Counted from the first letter of the stretch, positions 49,908 to 59,821 are shown. The stretch is 64,000 nucleotides of DNA from Thermoplasmata archaeon (GCA_046540335.1 JBKHFH010000003.1:6954-70953); one strand, 5' to 3'. A program made the numbers and translations. The notes: generated by a model not told the origin, from the sequence alone.

Positions 49908-50483
49908 TCACTGCTCATTCAAAATACTTTCTAATAGCTCTCTAATCTCAGAGGTCTCAAGATTTACATCCTCAAGAGATAAAAATTCTGATAAGTCCTT
50001 TTCAGGATATTTTTCCTCATATTCGAGCGCTTGCAGGATCATCTCCGTTCTGTCTATATCTCTTGCCACCATCGCCTCTCGGCATTCTCCTCTTTCAAAT
50101 TCCTTCCAGAGAGCTAGAAGATCGAATCCGCCTTCAAAGCTTTTCGAGATCCCCCTGATAGCTTTCTCTTCTTTATCAAACTTTTCAGGTTCAGATATAT
50201 TATCTTCAGGGGTTTAATCCCCTATCACACTCTCTGCTATATCGTGAACCAGCAAAAGCTTCACCAGCTTGAAGCCATCTAGATCCCACTCCTCTCCCAG
50301 AATCAAAGCTATGAAGGCAGCTCGAAAAGAATGATCTGCCACGGATTCAGGTTCATCTATACCCGCCCTTTTCCATCCTTCTCTCACAGTGTTTTTCAAA
50401 ACTCCTGCTTTTCTGAACAGGTCCAAGTATCTCTCCATGGTCTCAGTAAATGTAAATCGATCGATATTAATAAACGTTAACAA
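49908..50483 (-). pseudogene. HD-domain phosphohydrolase (YfbR-like 5'-deoxynucleotidase family) with in-frame TAA stop
   Basis: Upstream part ...SVADHSFRAAFIA...LLLVHDIAESVIGD stops at a TAA (50211-50213). The same frame continues as TPEDNISEPEK...LALWKEFERGECREAMVARDIDRTEMILQALEYEEKYPEKDLSEFL, the expected continuation of YfbR-like proteins (HD..E...GDIPTP...W.EfE...s.EA..vK.lDklE...QA.eYe). Confidence 0.55.
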
Positions 50484-50543
50484 AGTTCACAAGAGATTAA
50501 AAATACAAAAAAAGAGTTTTGGAACTCTGGTGAATGATATAGT

Positions 50544-51110
50544 CTAGATGTCTATGTGGTCGCCGGGTCTCATTATCCTGTTAGTTATACCTTCCTCGTT
50601 CAATCTTTCTTTGAGACCCTCAGCGTCTTCCATGTCTTCTTCTGGATCGTAATGGAATGGAACTACAAGGTCAGGCCCCAATCTTTTGAAGGCCTCTATA
50701 TAATCGTCGTAATAGTCGGGAAAACATGCTGTAAACACTGCTTTAACTGGTTCAGCATCTGGAAAATAAGCTGAATCACCGGCGTGAAGTAGACCTTTGT
50801 ATAAATAACTTACAGATTCTTCAGAACCATAACAGTCGGATTCTAGGACTTCTATATCGTCGATCTGATCACCGGGTCTCACTGCAGTACCTTCGAGTTC
50901 GAATTTCTCCAAAGATAGAGCGGGGGCATACAATTCAGCTTCTTTTCCTATTTCTCGGTAATCTTCAGGTGAAAAATGATCGTCATGCTCGTGAGTCAAA
51001 AGCACTGTATCCGGTGTTTCTGAAGCTTCAACAGTTAAATTCGGATCGATCAAAATATGTTTGTCCCCAAAAACTTCCAAAGCCGCGTTACCCAGCCACC
51101 TAACTTTCAT
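50544..51110 (-). CDS. Metallo-beta-lactamase-fold hydrolase
   Basis: LLTHEHDDHF (HxHxDH) motif and downstream His/Asp ligands. Confidence 0.75.
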   Translation of the reverse strand: MKVRWLGNAALEVFGDKHILIDPNLTVEASETPDTVLLTHEHDDHFSPEDYREIGKEAELYAPALSLEKFELEGTAVRPGDQIDDIEVLESDCYGSEESVSYLYKGLLHAGDSAYFPDAEPVKAVFTACFPDYYDDYIEAFKRLGPDLVVPFHYDPEEDMEDAEGLKERLNEEGITNRIMRPGDHIDI

Positions 51111-51218
51111 GTTTTCACTTCCTTGTTAAAATAAACGCGAAAAAGGATAAAAGTTTTATTGAGTCAGTGCAGGAAAGCAACAAAACGATTAAATATAAAA
51201 GGTGTTGTAGTGTCAAAC

Positions 51219-51386
51219 ATGGCAAGACAACAAGGTGGTGGAGGTTTTCAATCCGCCGCAGGTCTTATGAGATACTTCGATGAAGAAGAGGACAAGGGTC
51301 CAAAGATAGATCCAAGGGCAGTGGTCGCTGGTATCATAATCATGATCATCGTGATAGAGGTTGCCCAGTGGCAGTGGCCTGTTTGA
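51219..51386 (+). CDS. secG: Preprotein translocase subunit Sec61-beta (archaeal SecG)
   Basis: MARQQGGGGFQSAAGLMRYFDEEEDKGPKIDPRAVVAGIIIMIIVIEV: the conserved S.AGLmRYf motif plus a single C-terminal TM; internal ATG with GGTG RBS chosen. Confidence 0.8.
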   Translation: MARQQGGGGFQSAAGLMRYFDEEEDKGPKIDPRAVVAGIIIMIIVIEVAQWQWPV

Positions 51387-51594
51387 ATAAATCGAAGTCT
51401 CATCCATCAAAACTGCTGATATTTCTACAAGTCTTCTAAAATACCTCTTGACCATGGACTTTTAGGAGCCTTCATTCTCTACCAATCCACATTGAGTACT
51501 CCGATAAGTGAAAACATATATATCTTGTCATCTACATGTCCAACTGAGGATAAGATCAAAGAAATCAACGATGGTGATATGAGGCGGTAAAGTT

Positions 51595-53235
51595 ATGGAA
51601 AGAACCACGAAAGTCCAAAGAATTAGAGAACTCATAAACATCCTCAGGAAACACGGATTGGAGAATTTCATCAAAGAGTTAGGGTTTGGAAGTTTCATTT
51701 CTAGGTCTACAATGGAGGAACGTCTTGAAGAAAAAATGGAAGACGTTAGTGCTCGGGAACTTAGGGAACTCTTTGAAGATCTTGGACCGGCCTTTATCAA
51801 GCTTGGACAGTTTTTAGGCATGAGACCAGATTTGGTACCGCCTCATTTTGCTAAAGAACTACAGAAACTTCATGACGAGGCTACAACGTTCTCCGGAGAA
51901 AAAGCTAGAGAGATCATAGAGAAAGAACTCAATTACAACATGGAAGAGATCTTTGAGGAATTCTACAATGAACCCATCGCTGCCGCGTCTATCGGACAAG
52001 TACATGAAGCGAGGCTGAAAACAGGTGAAGAGGTAGTAGTAAAGGTTCAACGCCCAGACATCGAGCAGAAAGTTAAGGCGGATTTAGAGCTCATCGAAAG
52101 ATTTACTGGTATCCTTGAGCAGGTGTACCCAGAAAGCGAGATGTATCAACCTCAAGAGATAACCCAAGAATTCAAAAAAATGTTGGAAAAGGAATTGGAC
52201 TATACTGTAGAAGCTAGAAATGCACAGCGGTTCTACAATGCCTTTGAGGAAGAGCCGAACATAAAGATACCGAAAGTTTATTGGGATTATCTCACCAAGA
52301 ACGTGTTGGTACTCGAGAACGTCGATGGAAAAAGTATGAGGACACTCATAGATGGTGATTATCCAGAAGATTTCAAAAAGAAAATCGCCAGAAATTTCGC
52401 CAGAAACATGATGAGACAATTCTTTATCCACGGCATTTTCCATGCAGACCCCTCCCCTGGAAATATCCACTTTTGTGAGGAAGACGGCTCCTTAGTCCTC
52501 CTCGATTTTGGAGCGATAGGGCGATTTAACGATAAGATGAGAAAAAACCTCATCGACATCTTCATCGCAATGTTCGAAGGCGACATAAATAAAGTAAAAG
52601 ATATTTTGCTGGAGATCGGAGAAGTACACGGAGATTTTGACGAGGAAGATCTTAAATGGGATATTGACAACGTTCTACAGCTATACAAAAATAAACCCGA
52701 TCTGATGCTGAAAGAGGGGATGGATAACGAGATCATGGACATCGTTAGAACTCACAATATAACTCTACCGGTGGATTTTCTGCTGATGGAGAGAGCTATA
52801 GCGGAAACGGAAGGTATCTGCACAGCTTTGAATCCAGAATTCGACTTTTTCAAAGCCTCTGAGCCGGTGATAGAAGAAGTGATCATAGAGAGATATCATC
52901 CCAAGAAACAGATAAAAAATGTTTTCAAATCTGTCAACAATTATCGGGAACTCTTCATGAATTTCCCGGATAGAGCAAATAACGTTCTTGCCAACCTGGA
53001 AAAGGGAGAACTCAAGATAGATATAGAGCTTCAGGGCCTGGAAGATATGGAAAAACGTCTGGATACTATTTCAAACAGATTGAGTTATACTATACTTGCG
53101 GCTTCCATTATAGTCGGATCAGCACTTATGGTACTCTCTGGGAAAGAAGCGGTATTCGGACCCTACATATTCCTTATCTCAATAGTTATCGGCATATTTC
53201 TAATAATTACGATCGTTAAACAAGGTGGTTACTGA
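51595..53235 (+). CDS. ABC1/UbiB-family atypical protein kinase with C-terminal TM helices
   Basis: N-terminal KxGQ-like region (FIKLGQFLGMRPDLVPP), AASIGQVHEARL lysine region, HADPSPGNI catalytic loop, DFG; two C-terminal TM helices. Confidence 0.85.
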   Translation: MERTTKVQRIRELINILRKHGLENFIKELGFGSFISRSTMEERLEEKMEDVSARELRELFEDLGPAFIKLGQFLGMRPDLVPPHFAKELQKLHDEATTFSGEKAREIIEKELNYNMEEIFEEFYNEPIAAASIGQVHEARLKTGEEVVVKVQRPDIEQKVKADLELIERFTGILEQVYPESEMYQPQEITQEFKKMLEKELDYTVEARNAQRFYNAFEEEPNIKIPKVYWDYLTKNVLVLENVDGKSMRTLIDGDYPEDFKKKIARNFARNMMRQFFIHGIFHADPSPGNIHFCEEDGSLVLLDFGAIGRFNDKMRKNLIDIFIAMFEGDINKVKDILLEIGEVHGDFDEEDLKWDIDNVLQLYKNKPDLMLKEGMDNEIMDIVRTHNITLPVDFLLMERAIAETEGICTALNPEFDFFKASEPVIEEVIIERYHPKKQIKNVFKSVNNYRELFMNFPDRANNVLANLEKGELKIDIELQGLEDMEKRLDTISNRLSYTILAASIIVGSALMVLSGKEAVFGPYIFLISIVIGIFLIITIVKQGGY

Positions 53236-53343
53236 GTCGAGTATATGATCAAAAATCAGGATCTACATTTTCGTTTTCATGCAAAGATTATAAATATGCT
53301 GAAAGTAGATTGTTCGAATAGAATCTGATTATCCAAATTTGAG

Positions 53344-54495
53344 GTGAAAAAATTGCAGTATAGAAAATTTGGAGAGATCGATTGGAAACCGTCGGCTCTA
53401 GGTTTTGGAGCTATGAGATTGCCGCATGAGGAAGATGATCGAGGCGCTATAAATGAAGATGAAGCTATAAAGATGATCAGGTGGGCGATCGACAACGGAG
53501 TGAACTATATCGATACCGCCTGGCCCTATCATGACGAAGAGAGCGAAAAGTTGGTCGGAAAAGCTTTGAAGGACGGTTACAGAGAAAAAGTGAAAATAGC
53601 GACAAAACTGCCTTCGTGGGAGGTGGAGGATTCTCAAGATCCTGACGAGTTATTGAACAAGCAGCTGGATAAACTCGATGTTGACAAGATAGATTTTTAT
53701 CTCCTCCATGCCCTGAGTAGAAATCACTGGGAAAATTACCAATCTTTAGATATCGATATATTTGATTGGATGAAGGAAAAGAGAGATGAAGGTAAGATAG
53801 ATTACCTCGGTTTCTCTTTCCATGACGATCTAGAAATCTTCAAAAAGATAGTGGATACTTATGACTGGGACTTCTGCCAGATACAATACAACTATTTGGA
53901 TCAGGAGTTTCAAGCGGGTCGAGAGGGTTTGAAGTACGCCGCTGATAAAGGACTCGGTGTCGTGATAATGGAACCACTTCGGGGAGGAAAATTGGCGAAG
54001 GAACCTCCTGAAGAGATCAAGGAAATTTGGAATGAAGCGGAAAAAGATAGAAATCCGGTGGAGTGGGCTCTGAAATGGTTATGGAATCAGCCAGAAGTCT
54101 CTCTAATTTTGAGCGGTATGAGTAATTTGGAACAGGTAAAGGAGAATGTCAAATACGCCTCCGAATCTGGTGTCGGTGTACTCTCTGAGAAAGATCTCGA
54201 ACTCATAGATAAAGCGGCTAAAACCTACAGAGAGATATCACCAGTTGAATGTACTGGATGCAACTACTGTGTTCCCTGTCCAAACGATGTTTCGATCCCT
54301 AGGAACTTCAGGATGTACAATCAAGCCGAGATATACGATGAATTCAAAAAACAGAAAGAGATCTGGGACGAAAACATGAAAGACGATTCGAAGGCGACGA
54401 ACTGCGTGAGGTGCGGCGAATGTATAGAGAAATGTCCTCAAAACCTCCCGATAATGGATCTACTAGAGGAAGTTTCAGAGTACTTTGAAGGATGA
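53344..54495 (+). CDS. Aldo/keto reductase fused to a C-terminal 2x[4Fe-4S] ferredoxin-like domain
   Basis: AKR motifs (GFGAMRL, IDTAWPYHDE, ...LLHA) and C-terminal CTGCNYCVPCP...CVRCGECIEKCP. Confidence 0.8.
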   Translation: MKKLQYRKFGEIDWKPSALGFGAMRLPHEEDDRGAINEDEAIKMIRWAIDNGVNYIDTAWPYHDEESEKLVGKALKDGYREKVKIATKLPSWEVEDSQDPDELLNKQLDKLDVDKIDFYLLHALSRNHWENYQSLDIDIFDWMKEKRDEGKIDYLGFSFHDDLEIFKKIVDTYDWDFCQIQYNYLDQEFQAGREGLKYAADKGLGVVIMEPLRGGKLAKEPPEEIKEIWNEAEKDRNPVEWALKWLWNQPEVSLILSGMSNLEQVKENVKYASESGVGVLSEKDLELIDKAAKTYREISPVECTGCNYCVPCPNDVSIPRNFRMYNQAEIYDEFKKQKEIWDENMKDDSKATNCVRCGECIEKCPQNLPIMDLLEEVSEYFEG

Positions 54496-54664
54496 TCTCA
54501 TTTTGATCTAAGGCTCTAAAAATCATTTCTCCATCTTCCCGTATCTTTAAAATGCCTTTTATAGATTCTAAAATTCGAGGCGATGGTTTTCTGAAATTAA
54601 ACTGTGATATAGAAAAGGAAAAAACATTATTAGTCTCAGCATCATATTATATTAAAAAGGTGAT

Positions 54665-55051
54665 ATGATGTTATCTTCACTTATGGAAAAGAAAATGAAG
54701 AAATTGAGAGGGGAAGTACTGATCGCTGTCATGGATGATGGAGAGGCTTTCCTGGGAAAACTGAGAGACTTCGATGAAGACACTTTGATCCTTAATGAGG
54801 TCTACGAAGGACCCAGTTCGGAGATAAAATGGGAAACTCTAGGAGAAGAGGATGACCAATCTCCTGAGATGGGTTATGGATTTGTAGATTGGGTAAGGGT
54901 AAACCTTGAAGAGGTCTATCTGAGAGTAAATCACGTCTCTAGGATCTGGCCCTGGGAACACATTGAAGGATATGAAAAAGAGCCAAATACTAAAAAGAGA
55001 AGGGCTACTTATACCAGAACACCTGCGATAGATATCCTTTCAGAAGATTAA
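54665..55051 (+). CDS. Sm-like-fold protein, paralogue A of a three-member local family
   Basis: LRGEVLIAVMDDGEAFLGKLRDFDEDTLILNEVYE (Sm1-like) ... GFVDWVRVNLEEVYLRVNHVSRIWPW; shares its architecture with the two ORFs below. Confidence 0.6.
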   Translation: MMLSSLMEKKMKKLRGEVLIAVMDDGEAFLGKLRDFDEDTLILNEVYEGPSSEIKWETLGEEDDQSPEMGYGFVDWVRVNLEEVYLRVNHVSRIWPWEHIEGYEKEPNTKKRRATYTRTPAIDILSED

Positions 55052-55182
55052 AGAAATACGATTACCGATAAAGTCTTTTATTCTCTCTCAGCTTGATCAG
55101 GCTTAAAACCAAAATCCTATTATTAAAGTAGGATAAAGAATAAAAAAGAAAAGGTGAACATAGGTCATTTTAGTGATTTGAT

Positions 55183-55629
55183 TCAACCGGGGTGGGTTCC
55201 CGGGATGTCCCCTATACTAGATGCTCTCTCCTCTGGTACTTTATCTCTTTTCGTGTAAACAGGTTTCCTAGATTCATCTGATCTCGGCGTCTGCTTCCCT
55301 TTTTCCTTTTTTTTCCATCGCCATATCCGTGTAACATGTGCAGTTTGGATGTACGCCTCTTCTAGATTTACTTTTGTCCAATCGATAAAACCGAATTTCT
55401 CTTTCTGCTCAATTTTTTCTCTTCCTCCCCCTGATTCCGAAGATATCCCTTTCCAATCGATCTCATTGGATGGTGATTGATAAACATTTTTAAGGACCAA
55501 CGTGTGTTTATCGTATTCTCCTAGCTCTCCAAGAAAGGCTAGCCCGTCGTCCATCACAATTAGTATGTCATCACCTTTAAGTTCTTTCAATTTTTTCTCC
55601 AATAACTCATCAAACATATTTCCCTTCAC
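55183..55629 (-). CDS. Sm-like-fold protein, paralogue B
   Basis: LLEKKLKELKGDDILIVMDDGLAFLGELGEYDKHTLVLKNVYQ ... FGFIDWTKVNLEEAYIQTAHVTRIWRW plus a basic K/R tail. Confidence 0.6.
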   Translation of the reverse strand: MKGNMFDELLEKKLKELKGDDILIVMDDGLAFLGELGEYDKHTLVLKNVYQSPSNEIDWKGISSESGGGREKIEQKEKFGFIDWTKVNLEEAYIQTAHVTRIWRWKKKEKGKQTPRSDESRKPVYTKRDKVPEERASSIGDIPGTHPG

Positions 55630-55803
55630 CCTAACATATGATACGATTATCCCGTTATAATAACTTATCCCAGGTAGAAATGAAAGCGGGGGATAAAATA
55701 CTTCAAGCCTTTAATACAACCGAGTTATATAGAGTAAACTCGAAAGAGAGCCAACGATCATCTGGAAATGAAAGATTTATCTCCTTATCTTATCAGCAGA
55801 TAT

Positions 55804-56190
55804 CTATAGATATTCTTTTTCATAATAGATAGGCCTGGTTCGACCTTTTTCGCCTTTTTTTGCTTCATTAGGTAGCTCTTCCTTTTTGGTCCAAGGCCAA
55901 ATTCTCGAGATATGATCGATTCGGACATACACTTCTTCCAGATTCACCTCGGTCCAAGTGGCAAATCCTGCCCTTTTATCTTTCTTGTCAGCACCTCTTT
56001 GCATTTCCGCTGGTGATATCTCCTTCCAATCTATATCCTTAAATTTGGACTGTAAAACCTTTTTCAGGACTAAAATGTTCCTATCGTACTCTTTAAGTTC
56101 TCCAACAAATCCAAGGCCATCGTCCATCATCACCAAAATATCCTCATTTTTTAAACCGCTGAGTTTTTTCTCCAATAATTCAACCGACAT
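55804..56190 (-). CDS. Sm-like-fold protein, paralogue C
   Basis: LLEKKLSGLKNEDILVMMDDGLGFVGELKEYDRNILVLKKVLQ ... GFATWTEVNLEEVYVRIDHISRIWPW plus a basic tail. Confidence 0.6.
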   Translation of the reverse strand: MSVELLEKKLSGLKNEDILVMMDDGLGFVGELKEYDRNILVLKKVLQSKFKDIDWKEISPAEMQRGADKKDKRAGFATWTEVNLEEVYVRIDHISRIWPWTKKEELPNEAKKGEKGRTRPIYYEKEYL

Positions 56191-56233
56191 CTTTTCTCCT
56201 CTTTCAAAGTGTTTTCACATAATTAATTATTTT

Positions 56234-56244
56234 GGGGGGGGGGG
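56234..56244. repeat. G11 homopolymer tract (C11 on the coding strand of the flanking genes)
   Basis: tttggggggggggaccc seen directly; lies 44 bp upstream of the paralogue C start, in a 42% GC genome. Confidence 0.8.
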
Positions 56245-56370
56245 ACCCTCAAAAACTCTCCGCAGCTATAATACCGAAACCTATAGCCTTTTCTTCTAGA
56301 GTATCCATATCTTTAACAAGTGAAAGAGCCGGCTCTTTTCCCTCGATAGCAATTACGACTTCCAATATCT

Positions 56371-57567
56371 CTAACTTAACGGAGTCTTTTTAGATTTTTC
56401 AGCCAGCTCTCTCGCTTTCAGGGCGTGATCTTCAGCTCTCTGAAGTTTTCCATCTTTGAGATATGATAAACTTATCTCTTTGTTTGTTATTGACTTTATC
56501 TCTTCGTTTTCCATGAAACCCAGATATTCATGAACTCTTTCGTACTCTCCTTTCTCTAGCAGATTCTTTATTAGTTCTTTATAAATTTGGTCCCTCTCCC
56601 ATCTGTCTTCTATAGTTTCGACCAACTTCAAAGCTTGATCAACTAAAGCCTTGTGGATAAGATCAGTTGCTATAATTCTAATCAAAGTATCTCTGATGTC
56701 ATCACTTTCGATGTCTCCAACTATTTTCAGTGCATTTTCCCATAATCCTTCATCTGATAGCGCTATACCTAATTCCATCAAATAGATGTCGCCTGCTCCA
56801 CTTTGATTTATCTCCTCGATTAGGGTTTTAGCTTTTTCAGTTTCCCCGAGTCTTAAAAAAGTCTTTCCAATGATACATTTTATCCATTTCTCATCCTCTC
56901 TAGTATTAAAATCACTTGTCAGTGCAAGTGCATATCGGCATAGTTCTTCGACCTCGTCATCACCCATTCTGGCTTTCATCTCCGCTACTAAAGTTAAAGG
57001 TACTATGTTTTTCCCATCTTTAGACAGATTTAAAGCGGGTCGGAGAGCCCGTTCTAGATTCTTTTTTGCCCTCTCAACAAGTCCAAGATCAAGCTGCTCT
57101 TCAGCCACAGAGATGAAAATATCGACTAACTTTTGATCGTCTTTTATTTTCTCAGCCTCCTTTAACCCATATCCAAAGATTTCCTGATATTTACTTTCGA
57201 ATTCATGCTTTAAAAATGTAGACGCCAATCGAGATAATGTCTTTACTTTTTCAGATGTTACTTTCACCTGAAAGGCGGAATCTAGAGCTTCATCGCCAAA
57301 TTTCTTCGCTAGATAGATCAGATCGTTCTCCAAAAATACATCGATAACCTCGTTAATCACTAGAGCTCTGCTGTTGGATGAAGGAAGTGAGTTCAATGTA
57401 TCTATACTTTTCTGGAGAGTAGTTGCGGTTAGTGAATTTCCACCTTCTCTTCTCATCTCATCGATGATCTCGCCTAAAGTTTTAGGGTCATCATTGAGTA
57501 TTTCAAAACGCCGTCCCATGGTCAATCTTTTACTATATGAAAGGTAATTAATGTCAGTTTCTATCAC
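56371..57567 (-). CDS. All-alpha helical-repeat (TPR/HEAT-like) hypothetical protein
   Basis: 398 aa of repeated amphipathic helix pairs; no catalytic motifs. Confidence 0.5.
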   Translation of the reverse strand: MIETDINYLSYSKRLTMGRRFEILNDDPKTLGEIIDEMRREGGNSLTATTLQKSIDTLNSLPSSNSRALVINEVIDVFLENDLIYLAKKFGDEALDSAFQVKVTSEKVKTLSRLASTFLKHEFESKYQEIFGYGLKEAEKIKDDQKLVDIFISVAEEQLDLGLVERAKKNLERALRPALNLSKDGKNIVPLTLVAEMKARMGDDEVEELCRYALALTSDFNTREDEKWIKCIIGKTFLRLGETEKAKTLIEEINQSGAGDIYLMELGIALSDEGLWENALKIVGDIESDDIRDTLIRIIATDLIHKALVDQALKLVETIEDRWERDQIYKELIKNLLEKGEYERVHEYLGFMENEEIKSITNKEISLSYLKDGKLQRAEDHALKARELAEKSKKTPLS

Positions 57568-57621
57568 AAAATTCCAATTGAACAGTTAAGTTTATTAAAT
57601 GACTCTTCATTTGCCTCCAAT

Positions 57622-59118
57622 ATGTCAACTTACGAAGACCTTCTCGAAATTTCTGAGCAGTTAAGAAACATCCAGCGCTCACTTTACCTTCTAGCCTGGG
57701 ATGAACGAACGTATATGCCCGAGGGAGCCATCGAAGGGCGCTCTGAGAGCAAAGCCCATCTCTCACAGCTGTATCACAAAAAATTAACTTCGGAGAAAAC
57801 GAAAAAGATAATAGATGAGCTGAACAAAGAGTCCACTCAAGCGGAAATGGACGAAGTGCAAAGAGCCGCGGTCAGGGAAATGACTAGAGATTTCCAGAGA
57901 AGATACAAAGTACCGGAAGAACTGATAAAGAAGATGTCTAAAATTTCAACTAAAGCTCAGTCCGCTTGGGAAAAAGCCCGTGAGAAATCGGATTTCGAGC
58001 TTTTCTTGCCTCATTTAGAGAAGCAGATAGAAGTTAAGAAAGAGGTGGCGGAATACATCGGTTATGAGAATGAACCATACGATGCGCATATCGAGGAGTT
58101 CGAACCGGGATTCACGGCCGAGAAGATAGATAAAATCTTTGAACCCATGAAAGAGGAACTCAGCTCGATGGCCAGTGAAATATTTTCTAAAGAGTTAACA
58201 CCTGGTGAAGATGTCTTTGAGGGTAAAAAATTTGATGTTGAAAAACAGAAAAAAATCGGTAGAGAGATAGCTGACGAGTTCGGTTATGATTTTGAGCACG
58301 GAAGATTGGATGATGCTGTCCATCCATTCACGATAGGGATGGACGACGATGTGAGGATAACCAACAGGTATAACGAAGAAAACCTCAACTCGCTCTTCAG
58401 TCTTATGCATGAGACCGGTCATGCCCTCTATGAGCAGGGACTACCATCAGAATGGTACGGACATCCTTTAGGGCGAAGGATATCTAGCGGATATCACGAA
58501 TCCCAATCTAGGATGTGGGAAAACTTCGTAGGGAGAAGTAAAGAATTTTTGAATTACCTGTTCCCGAAACTGTGTGATGAGTTCCCGAAGTTGGATGAAT
58601 ATTCTAAAGAAGATTTCTACAATAGGGTCAATCGAGTTGAACCAACCTTCATAAGGGTGGACGCTGACGAAGTCACCTATAATCTCCATATAGCTCTACG
58701 TTTCGATCTAGAACTGGGGCTTTTCAGAGGAGAAATGGAACCCGAGGAAACTAAGACTGTGTGGGAAAACAAGATGGAAGAATATCTTGATATAGTTCCA
58801 GAAGATCCCGCGAACGGAGTTCTTCAAGACATACACTGGTCCAGCGGGCAGTTCGGCTACTTCCCGAGTTACGCTCTAGGAAACCTCTTCGCGGCTCAGA
58901 TATACCACACCGCGGAAGATGAAATAGATGGTCTAAAGGATAAAATATCACAGGGCGAATTCCAACCGTTGAGAGAATGGTTGAAAGAAAATATTCACCA
59001 GCAAGGCAGGATGTACAAATCTGAGGAAATGACCAAAAGACTGACCGGTGAAGGATTGAACGAAAAGTACCACATAAATCATCTCAAAGAGAAGTTTGGA
59101 CCGATATACGAACTGTAA
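57622..59118 (+). CDS. M32 carboxypeptidase (Taq carboxypeptidase family)
   Basis: HETGHALYEQG (HExxH), HESQSRMWEN, and IHWS.G.FGYFPSY motifs diagnostic of the M32 family. Confidence 0.88.
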   Translation: MSTYEDLLEISEQLRNIQRSLYLLAWDERTYMPEGAIEGRSESKAHLSQLYHKKLTSEKTKKIIDELNKESTQAEMDEVQRAAVREMTRDFQRRYKVPEELIKKMSKISTKAQSAWEKAREKSDFELFLPHLEKQIEVKKEVAEYIGYENEPYDAHIEEFEPGFTAEKIDKIFEPMKEELSSMASEIFSKELTPGEDVFEGKKFDVEKQKKIGREIADEFGYDFEHGRLDDAVHPFTIGMDDDVRITNRYNEENLNSLFSLMHETGHALYEQGLPSEWYGHPLGRRISSGYHESQSRMWENFVGRSKEFLNYLFPKLCDEFPKLDEYSKEDFYNRVNRVEPTFIRVDADEVTYNLHIALRFDLELGLFRGEMEPEETKTVWENKMEEYLDIVPEDPANGVLQDIHWSSGQFGYFPSYALGNLFAAQIYHTAEDEIDGLKDKISQGEFQPLREWLKENIHQQGRMYKSEEMTKRLTGEGLNEKYHINHLKEKFGPIYEL

Positions 59119-59128
59119 AAACCCTTTT

Positions 59129-59533
59129 CTATTTTTTTGAAATCTTTCTTCTGCTGAGTTCATCTGCTCTTTTGTTCTTTTCTCTATCTATACATTCAAA
59201 AGAAATATTCATGTCGCCTGCCACTTTAGAAGCTTTTTTCCATAAGTCAAAGAGACTATCGGTATCCACGCTCGATTCACCGATCATCTGTCTTATGACC
59301 AGTCTAGAATCACCTCTACATATGATAGGTTCGTCTGGATAATTGGATTTGAGATATTTCAGACCTATTATCAGGGCCAGATACTCAGCTCTATTGTTTG
59401 TCATATCGTCCATATTTTTCATCTGTCCAACTAATTCATCGATTATCTTATCGTCTCTTTTTATTACTACACCATACCCCCCAGTGCCTCCCGGGTTTTT
59501 CGTACAGGACCCATCAAATTCCATTATCAACAT
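59129..59533 (-). CDS. rnhA: Ribonuclease HI
   Basis: FDGSCTKNPGGTGGYGVVI, TNNRAEYLALIIGL, RGDSRLVI, KNKRADELS carry the RNase H type 1 DEDD catalytic motifs. Confidence 0.85.
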   Translation of the reverse strand: MLIMEFDGSCTKNPGGTGGYGVVIKRDDKIIDELVGQMKNMDDMTNNRAEYLALIIGLKYLKSNYPDEPIICRGDSRLVIRQMIGESSVDTDSLFDLWKKASKVAGDMNISFECIDREKNKRADELSRRKISKK

Positions 59534-59539
59534 ATCTGA

Positions 59540-59821
59540 TCACTTCTTCCTATCGAAGTACCATTTATAGAGTAAAGCCATATCTCTAGGGAATAATGCC
59601 AGGCGATCACCGTCCTGGACTTCTCTTTCAGGATGTGAATATTCTCTATTCAAGAATATATGGCTCACATCACTTTCATCCAGACCGAGATGTTCTAAAA
59701 TATCAGAGATCCGTCCTAAGCTTTTTTCTTCTATCTCTTTTTTGTCGATCGAGCCTGTTTCGACTTTAGTTTCGTCAGCTTTAGATTTAAGTTTACCGTA
59801 CAATTTTATATTTATACCCAT
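59540..59821 (-). CDS. ThiS/MoaD-like beta-grasp protein with C-terminal extension (no terminal GG)
   Basis: IKLYGKLK...VQDGDRLALFP beta-grasp pattern followed by RDMALLYKWYFDRKK; adjacent to a bona fide MoaD/SAMP gene. Confidence 0.4.
   Translation of the reverse strand: MGINIKLYGKLKSKADETKVETGSIDKKEIEEKSLGRISDILEHLGLDESDVSHIFLNREYSHPEREVQDGDRLALFPRDMALLYKWYFDRKK

Noticed and set aside
55638-55832. 64-aa + strand ORF between Sm-like paralogues B and C
   Set aside because: Lies in the promoter/intergenic region of two minus-strand genes, has no RBS, a low-complexity product and no similarity.
56191-56370. Minus-strand frame after the TPR stop reading ...KDMDTLEEKAIGFGIIAAESF, faintly reminiscent of the EEPIAFGL core of aEF-1beta
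   Set aside because: Only about 46 codons without a start codon, similarity limited to a short patch; more likely intergenic sequence.
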